Shown here one piece after another: positions 55,395-64,000 of a stretch of 64,000 nucleotides of DNA; within the stretch, counting starts at the first letter, position 1, and every line of letters starts with the position of its first letter. The DNA comes from Octopus vulgaris (Eukaryota). The translations under genes and the position numbers were made by a program. Below the pieces are notes generated by a model. It was not told where the DNA came from. It did no database searches and saw nothing but the letters and a program-made list of their open reading frames with translations. The stretch lies in contig OX597832.1 in assembly GCA_951406725.2 (NCBI GenBank), positions 49,104,001-49,168,000 of the forward strand, read 5' to 3'.

Positions 55395-55933
55395 GAGTAA
55401 CAGGATTTCAAGTAGTGATGCAGTACGACCGTTTCAAGAGACTCGATTTAATTGAACAATGCAATCATTACATAAATTTAAATACAGCGCTCTCTTCAGT
55501 TACACAACTATGGATTTTCAACAGACAAGATATATTAATATAAGTTTTCTTAAATAGTTTAACAGCAAGAGGATGGAAACAATTCATGTTGTCACTATTG
55601 TACCAAGAATAGCTACGAGAATAACAGAATACAATTTTTAGAGTCGCATTCTGCTATTCTCTTAAATATTCTTGCTACAATAGTGACAACATCAATTTCT
55701 TCTATCTTCTTGCTCTGTTAAAATATTTAAGAAAAATTATATTAATATAACTTGGCTGAAAAGAGCGCTGTATTTAAATTTGTTCAATCAAATCGAGTCT
55801 CTTGAAACGCTCATACTGCATTACAACTTGAAATACTGTTACTTAATTTGATTTTACTTCGAGCTATGAGTATAAAACCGGACTGATTTGGTGCTCGAAC
55901 TTACCTGATTCAAATGAATCTTAATTACTTACT
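55391..55933. mobile_element. Diverged fold-back insert (arms spanning 55391-55849) with hammerhead-like cores
   Basis: Blocks such as CGTTTCAAGAGACTCGATTT, AAATTTAAATACAGCGCTCT and ATGTTGTCACTATTGTA have reverse-complement partners; minus-strand CTGAAGA GAG...CTC TT GAAAC G GTC at 55427-55499. Confidence 0.75.
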
Positions 55934-56110
55934 TATATATATGTGTCTGTGTGTGTGTGAGAGTGTGTATGTGTGTGTGTTTGCGTGTGTGTGTATGTGT
56001 GTGCTTGTATATATATATTTATAAATATGTGTATTATATAAGTACATATATATATATACATATATATATGCATATATGTATATGCATATATATACATATA
56101 TACATACATA

Positions 56111-56171
<61 letters not shown>

Positions 56172-56173
<2 letters not shown>

Positions 56174-56495
56174 GAGGAGCATTGCTTAGTGGTTAGGAAT
56201 ATTCTGTTCACGGCCATTAGGTCATGATTTAGATTTCCGGCGGCGTGTTGTGTCCTTGAGCAAGATACTTTATTTCACGTTGCTCCAGTCCACTCAGCCG
56301 GCAATTATGATAAACATCTGTAATTTAGAATGTCATCCATATCCCATTCCCTGTCAAACCGAATCTCCCTGAGCGCTACGCTAAAGGTACACATGTCAGT
56401 GGAGTGCTCAGCCACTTGCACGTTAATTTCAAGAGCAGGCTGTTCTGTGGATCGGGTCAACTGGAGCCCTCATTGTCGAATCCGAGGGAGTGCCA
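56172..56495 (+). mobile_element. tRNA-derived CORE-type SINE (fourth family)
   Basis: GCTTAGTGGTTAGG head and TTGTGTCCTTGAGCAAGATACTTTATTTCACGTTGCTCCAGTCCACTCAGC CORE-like domain; a very old relative may lie at about 63265-63470. Confidence 0.7.
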
Positions 56496-56535
56496 ATAAT
56501 AAATATATATATATATATACATAGATAAATACATA

Positions 56536-56575
<40 letters not shown>

Positions 56576-56587
56576 GATAAATACATA

Positions 56588-56627
<40 letters not shown>

Positions 56628-56636
56628 GATAAATAC

Positions 56637-56670
<34 letters not shown>

Positions 56671-56684
56671 TTATCTGTGTATAT

Positions 56685-56733
<49 letters not shown>

Positions 56734-56739
56734 TTATGC

Positions 56740-56784
<45 letters not shown>

Positions 56785-56795
56785 CATATATATAC

Positions 56796-57130
<335 letters not shown>

Positions 57131-57319
57131 AATGTATGTATATATCTACTTGGACTACCTTTATGTTTGTTTAAAAAAGAGCGATAATGACTGTGATAAA
57201 ATAATAAAAGCAATATTTACTAAGCAAGTGAGCACTATTATACAAAGAAATAATTACACGTAAGATATATAAATTATTACAATTGGGAATCGCAACTGTG
57301 AAAATATCGAGTGGCGAGC

Positions 57320-57351
57320 AGAAAACCGCCCTGAGGGCGGTCATTCTGCTA
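57320..57351 (+). mobile_element. Helitron-like 3' terminus
   Basis: Hairpin ACCGCCC TGA GGGCGGT followed by CATTCTGCTAG|T; 5' end not located. Confidence 0.55.
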
Positions 57352-57377
57352 GTGTAGATAGATAGACAGATAGATAT

Positions 57378-57409
<32 letters not shown>

Positions 57410-57424
57410 GATAGATAGGTAGAT

Positions 57425-57507
<83 letters not shown>

Positions 57508-57574
57508 TGATAACACTTACGATTAGTTAAGATCAGAAACCACGAGAGACACTGCCTGGTACTGCATCTAGACA

Positions 57575-57617
57575 TTTATTATTATTATTATTATCATTAT
57601 TATTATTATTATTATTA

Positions 57618-57669
<52 letters not shown>

Positions 57670-57731
57670 CATTATTATTATTATTATTATTATCATTATT
57701 ATTATTATCATCATTATTATTATTATTATTA

Positions 57732-57783
<52 letters not shown>

Positions 57784-57883
57784 CATTATTATTATTATCA
57801 TCATTATTATTATTATTATTATCATTATTATTATTATTTTAGTATTATTATTATTATTATCATTATTATTATTATTATTATTA

Positions 57884-57935
<52 letters not shown>

Positions 57936-58045
57936 CATTATTATTATTATCATCATTATTATTATTATTATTATCATTATTATTATTATTTTAGTATTAT
58001 TATTATCATTATCATTATTATTATTTTTATTATTATTATCATTAC

Positions 58046-58102
<57 letters not shown>
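57575..58102. repeat. (ATT)n/(ATC) microsatellite with higher-order duplication
   Basis: Direct observation; TTTTAGTATT interruption repeated at about 57837 and 57989. Confidence 0.97.
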
Positions 58103-58103
<1 letters not shown>

Positions 58104-58504
58104 TTTGGTACTATCGTTATCATTCTTTCTGAAAGATTTTCTAAATATTAGCTGAATCAAAAATGTAATTGCGATTCTGGCTGCGTAAAGGTGAAAAAAA
58201 TGAAAAAAAAAAATAATAATAAAAAATTAATTACAGATATTATTTTTTTAAGGTTTCCGTTAATAATAGGTATGAAAAGACAGACATGAATTATCTTTGA
58301 GAATGTCTTTGTTTGTGCATGTATGTGAATGCATGCTTGCGTGAGTATGAGTGTGAATATGTGTGCACACTCATACTTACTTGCATATATATATATATAT
58401 ATAAATACGTAGTGAAGCTATACAGTAGCGTCGTATTTATTACGATTGCTATTTTCCAGTAAATATTGGTGCCTTGTTGTACCATTTATCTACTTTTATA
58501 TATG

Positions 58505-58544
<40 letters not shown>

Positions 58545-59003
58545 TGTGTATGTGCGTATGTGTGGGCGCCTGTGTTTATGTGTAAAGATATATGTATGGA
58601 TGGATGAATGTTTGTATATGCATGCATACATACGTAATATATACGTATATAACATGTATATATATTCATATATATTTACATATATCTATACACGCATGTG
58701 TGTGTGTGTGTGTGTGTTCGTGTGTTTGTATTAGACGTATGTGTATGTTTAACAAGAATTGTCAGTTTGAGGCAGAGAAACAGTGTATGTATGTATGTAT
58801 GTATGTATGTATGTACGTACGTGTGTGTGTGTGTGTTTGTGTGTGTGTGCGTGTGTTCGTGTATGTGTGTGCTTGTGTATGTGTGTATGTATGTGTGTGT
58901 TTGTGTGTGTGTGTGTTTGTGTGTGTGTATGTGTGTGCGTGTGTTGTGTGTGTGTGTTCGTGTGTGTGTATGTGTATGTGTGACTGTGTGTGTGTGCGAT
59001 TGT

Positions 59004-59060
<57 letters not shown>

Positions 59061-59325
59061 TGTGTGTGTGTGTTTGTGTGGAAATGAGATACGAAGAATT
59101 AAAAGAAGGCAAAACAAAAACTCCATCGCATGGAGTTGAATATATTATCTCTGCCACCAAACTACTTATGTGTTTTATCTGAGTTTGGTTCTCACAGCTA
59201 ACAATGAGAAGCTCTTCATAATTGTTGATTGTAACATTTAAAGAAGAAGAAAAAACACCAGCAAATTGTATATCAATGGTGAAATAAATTTAAACTATTT
59301 GAAATGACAAAGTAAACTACATATA

Positions 59326-59500
59326 GGCGCAGGAGTGGCTGTGTGGTAAGTAGCTTGCTAACCAACCACATGGTTCCGGGTTCAGTCCCTCTGCGTGGCA
59401 TCTTGGGCAAGTGTCTTCTGCTATAGCCCCGGGCCGACCAATGCATTGTGAGTGGATTTGGTAGACGGAAACTGAAAGAAGCCTGTTGTATATATGTATT

Positions 59501-59541
<41 letters not shown>

Positions 59542-59745
59542 TTGTGTGTCTGTGTTTGTCCCCCTAGCATTGCTTAACAACCGATGCTGGTGTGTTTACG
59601 TCCCCGTTACCTAGCGGTTCGGCAAAAAAGAAACCGATAGAATAAGTACTGGGCTTACAAAGAATAAGTCCCGGGGTCGATTTGCTCGACTAAAGGCGGT
59701 GCTCCAGCATGGCCGCAGTCAAATGACTGAAACAAGTAAAAGAGT
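59326..59745 (+). mobile_element. SINE family K, full-length reference copy
   Basis: GGCGCAGGAGTGGCTGTGTGGTAAG (A box), GGTTCAGTCCC (B box), CORE-like CTTGGGCAAGTG, internal microsatellite, tail ending GTAAAAGAGT. Confidence 0.93.
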
Positions 59746-59951
59746 ACATCGTTGCTTTACCCTGGGTTTACAACTCCTTTGCTGGAATCGTAGGGACGCC
59801 ATCGTAGGTACACCATCGTAGGTACGCCGTCATTTTTTAGAATTTGCTGGCTCCGTTTGTCTCCAGGCGTGACTGTAGCCGATTCGTTCCTGAAAGAGAG
59901 ACAGATAGAAAATATAAAAGGCAGAAGTATTGACAGGAGTTGAGAAAATGG

Positions 59952-60368
59952 GGATCTTTTCGGTTTGAACGGCAGTTTTTAACATAATTTCTAGGTAACT
60001 AAAAAATTTTAAACTTCGTATACTGGTAGAATGTGTTTATAAAACATCTTTTTCTCTTGGCTTTATTGAGAAAATTCTATAGTTTGTAAGATATTTGTTG
60101 TTTCTTTCTTCAATTTCTGCAATTTTAACCAATCACTGACGTCCATTGAGGTAAAAATACATTCTGTGCCGTATGAATATGTCCCTCGTTTAAGAAACAG
60201 ATTGGGTTTATTTACATTTGTGAAGAAAAAAAGATACCCTTCCCCCCACTCCTAACCCTAACCCTAAAATAGATTGAAATGCAATAGATCGATACTAGGG
60301 TCATAATTATGGGTGACAATTTCATATGACACCGCTAGAAAAAACTGCCGTCCAAACCGAATATATAC
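59952..60368 (-). mobile_element. TTAGGG-carrying MITE (copy 3)
   Basis: Reverse orientation; TSD GAAAATGG at 59944-59951 and 60369-60376. Confidence 0.92.
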
Positions 60369-60964
60369 GAAAATGGTACTACATTTCCGAAACCAAATAC
60401 GATGAAAGGAAGGTGACCTCGGCTTAATTTGAACTTGGAACACAGGCAGGTGAAAATAATTGCTGCAAAAAGGAAATAGTGCATTTGGTGTAAGACAATA
60501 ACGACTGTGCTGATTAGTCGCCTTCATGGAAACTCCACATTTACCGGTAAAATAAACCATAGCATCTCAGTGAATCGAAATTTGAGATCAGCTTTGATTC
60601 TTCATTACTGCCGCCGATTTGTTCCTGAAGGAGAGACACATACAAAAAATGGAAAAAAAAAAGGAGACGTAGAAGAATTGACCGAAATTGAGGAATGGTA
60701 TATAATTTATCGACCCAAAACCGATGAAAGAGAAAGAAAATCTACCTGAGCAGAATTTGAACTCAGAGCAGAGGTAGACGAAACAATTGCTATAATAAAA
60801 ATAAAAATAAATAAAATAAAACACTCGGGCCAAAATAATAATGACTTTACCACTTCGTCGCCTTTAAGCAAGCACCACAGTTTTCAGTAAAATAAATAAT
60901 GACACTAGAATAATTTGAAATTTGCGACACAGTTTCAATTCTTATTTGCATCAGTTTAACTATA

Positions 60965-61510
60965 TTCAATCCCTTTGTCTGTCCTTGTCTGTCCCCTTTG
61001 TGTGTAGCCCCTTGTGGGTAGTAAAGAAATAGGTATTTCGTCTGCCACCACTGTTCTGAATTCAAATTCCGCCGAGGTCGACTTTGCCTTTCATCCTTTC
61101 GGGCTCGATTAAATAAGTACCAGTTACGCACTGGGGTCGATATAATCGACTTAATCCGTTTGTCTGTCCTTGTTTGTCCTCTTTGTGTTTAGCCCCTTTT
61201 GGGTAGTAAAGAAATAGGAATTTTGTTTGCCGTTACGTTCTGAGTTCAAATTCCGCCGAGGTCGACTTTGCCTTTCATCCTTTCGGGGTCGATTAAATAA
61301 GTACCAGTTACGCACTGGGGTCGATATAATCGACTTAATCAGTTTGTCTGTCCTTGTTTCTCCTTTCTGTGTTTAGCCCCTTGTGGGTAGTAAAGAAATA
61401 GGTATTTTGTTTGCCGTTACGTTCTGAGTTCAAATTCCGCCGAGGTCGACTTTGCCTTTTATCCTTTCGGGGTCGATTAAATAAATACCAGTTACGCACT
61501 GGGGTCAATG
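60965..61510 (+). mobile_element. Family M SINE head-less array (about 3 units, about 184 bp period)
   Basis: GAGGTCGACTTTGCC at about 61074, 61258 and 61442; starts and ends mid-unit. Confidence 0.9.
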
Positions 61511-62172
61511 TGAATGAATAAATAAATAAATAAATCATATCATCTGGCCGAAAGATGGGAATATTTCATTGGATATCAACGAATCCGAGCATATTTTACT
61601 AACAAATCCTTTTGCTTGAATACAGTTCATTATGAGCTGACATTTAAATCTGTAATTATCTGGTAGTCTTCTCAGTTACATATTAGGATAGAATTGATGA
61701 GAAATTTTCGCAAGATAAAGTTGTTAAGGTCATGAAAATTAGCAGAATTATATTTAATTCGAGATCGATGTGCCCGCGGGAGATAAGATTATGGATGCGG
61801 TTTCTCTGTTCACGTGACTTCTAAACTCATACTGTGTTTATATATCGCAGTCTGAATTCGACTGAGAAAATAATGTCCCTTGTTAGTAACCATCTTAATT
61901 CATAAAGAACAGATAGAAAAATGACATGAGCTTCTGTATATATATATATATGTGTGTGTGTGTGTGCATGTACATATGTTTATATATATATATACATATA
62001 TAATGGACACAGGTTCGTGTGTCACATAGCAAGCTAGCTAGAGGCGATGGCCTCTTGGAGCTAATCTACGGCATCATTCGCCCAATTATTCTGGACTGCT
62101 ATGTTAGCTAGGCGATAACTATTAATATCCACTACCGCTGCCGTAATCTCCTTTAGAGACTTAGAAATATCA

Positions 62173-62221
<49 letters not shown>

Positions 62222-62327
62222 CATACGTACGTACGTACATAATACATACATACATACATACATACATACATACATACATACTAATATATGTATATTAAAC
62301 ATATATATAATATTATATTATGTAATG

Positions 62328-62416
<89 letters not shown>

Positions 62417-62910
62417 ATGTATGTATGTATGTATGTATGTATGTATGTGTATTCTGAAAATTCATTCATGATGTATGTATGACGGAATGGAACTGCGATG
62501 TTAATTGACAAGAAGCAGAGGTTCTGTCGTTCTGTATTTTTAAGCTAATAGAAATGAGTAGGAAGTGACATATATTCTAATCTCAGGAGAATTTACATTA
62601 ACATTAGAGAAATGGCTTCAACCAGAAGTTAGACTACGAACCAGTAGTCTCTCAACGTACTGTTGTCTTAATTATTACATTACAATTCATGCGGCAAGTG
62701 GGAGTTAATAATTTACCAGAATATTTCCAAGTATTCGTTGCTCGAATTTCAACGTAAAATCGAATGAATTTCTTTTTCTTTAGTTTATTGTCAAGATATG
62801 TTTAATGTGTTTTACGCTTTCGATGTCTAATGGTACGAGATATCGTAACGCAATTGTTTATTTAAATTAGTTTTTATCAAGGAAAATACAACGGGCGGCG
62901 CAATTAATTA

Positions 62911-63263
62911 AGGAAAGGATTGATTAAATGTTTAACAAGTGATTTAAACATAAATACAGCGTTCTTGTGGCCTATACATCGAAGAGGCCAGGGAACAGAA
63001 GAAAGAAGAAGAAAGAAGACATGCACCCAACATCAGAGCTGAAGACACCTCCGAAAGGGGTGGGGGCCGCCACGTCAAAACGGTAGAGGAGTAAGGGCCG
63101 AAACCGGACGTGGTTCCTCCTGATGATGTCTTGAGCTAACTGGATCCTATAAAGGAGCTGTTGTGGTAGCAGACCGCGAAACACTGTTGAAATTCCTCAG
63201 GAAAGAATTGATTAAATGTTTAACAAGTGATTTAAACACAAATACAGAGTTCTTGTGGCCTAT
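62911..63263 (+). other. About 220-bp GC-richer insert between about 65-bp direct repeats
   Basis: AGGAAAG.ATTGATTAAATGTTTAACAAGTGATTTAAACA.AAATACAG.GTTCTTGTGGCCTATA at about 62911-62975 and 63199-63263. Confidence 0.85.
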
Positions 63264-63855
63264 AGGTTAGCGGGCTTTCACTCGCGATGACAAGATGAAT
63301 GTTACGATTTCCGGACAGGAGTATGTATGGTGCTCGTGAGAAAAGCATTTCATTTCACATTGTCCAAGTCGACGAACTGGTGTTCTTTTCAGGAGAAGCA
63401 TTATGATCTCGGACACTTATATGACTTGAGAACGGGGTCACCAGCCCTGTGAGTGCTCGGACTCCAGACAGCAATATCCAGGGGCTTACTTATAGAGTGC
63501 TTATTGTACTATCGTTTTTTACGGTTCTTTTGACAATTGTCATGCGTATTTTAATCTATAATAAACAGGATAAATATACGATGCTAATGTAAATAGTACT
63601 CAACTATATAGCAGTCGGTGGTTTCATTGCAGACAGAAATACTGCTTCGGTATTGGTCGACTTGCGTGAGTAAATCTCAAATATGGTCGTTCTTCACGGG
63701 GATATATTAAAACCAATACTATAACCTGTAAAACTGAAGACTAACTTCGTTGAGAATCATATTGCACGTCAATTGAACAAATACTACACCGTTTTAAATA
63801 TGTGTGTCTATGTATATATAAGTATATATATATATGCATATTATGTACACTCTTT

Positions 63856-64000
63856 ACTATTTTACTTGTTTCAGTCATTTGATGTGGCCATGCTGGAGCA
63901 CCGCCTTTAATCGAGCAAATCGAGCCCAGGACTTATTCTTTGTAATCCTAGTACTTATTCTATCGGCATATTTTGCCGAACCGCTCAGTTACGAGGACGT
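63856..64000 (-). mobile_element. SINE family K 3' end, cut by window edge
   Basis: TTTTACTTGTTTCAGTCATTT..TGTGGCCATGCTGGAGCACCGCCTTT tail. Confidence 0.88.

Overview
This is AT-rich, microsatellite-saturated metazoan non-coding DNA. The SINE repertoire and repeat landscape suggest a coleoid cephalopod, probably Octopus (inference). I recognise no intact host protein-coding gene; almost all supplied ORFs are translations of (TA)n, (TACA)n, (CA)n, (GATA)n, (AAG)n or (TAG)n tracts. Supported content: four tRNA-derived SINE families (one with a Meta-type central domain, often in head-to-tail concatemers), a CR1/L2-type LINE 3' fragment, an R4/Dong-like RLE LINE 3' fragment, mariner and Tc1 transposase relics, mariner and hAT-type MITEs, three copies of a GG-terminated MITE with 8-bp TSDs carrying TTAGGG repeats, non-autonomous Helitrons, and a mutated tRNA-Asp(GTC). 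The most notable signal is a dozen or so short inserts in or next to (TA)n tracts that carry hammerhead-ribozyme-like cores (CTGANGA-like ... GAAAC ... GTH). Several form long fold-back palindromes with 100-264 bp arms. They most resemble Penelope-like-element pseudo-LTR or retrozyme remnants, some with non-canonical cores (U3-A8, C4, extended stem II). All coordinates and pairings were read by eye; no searches or folding programs were run.
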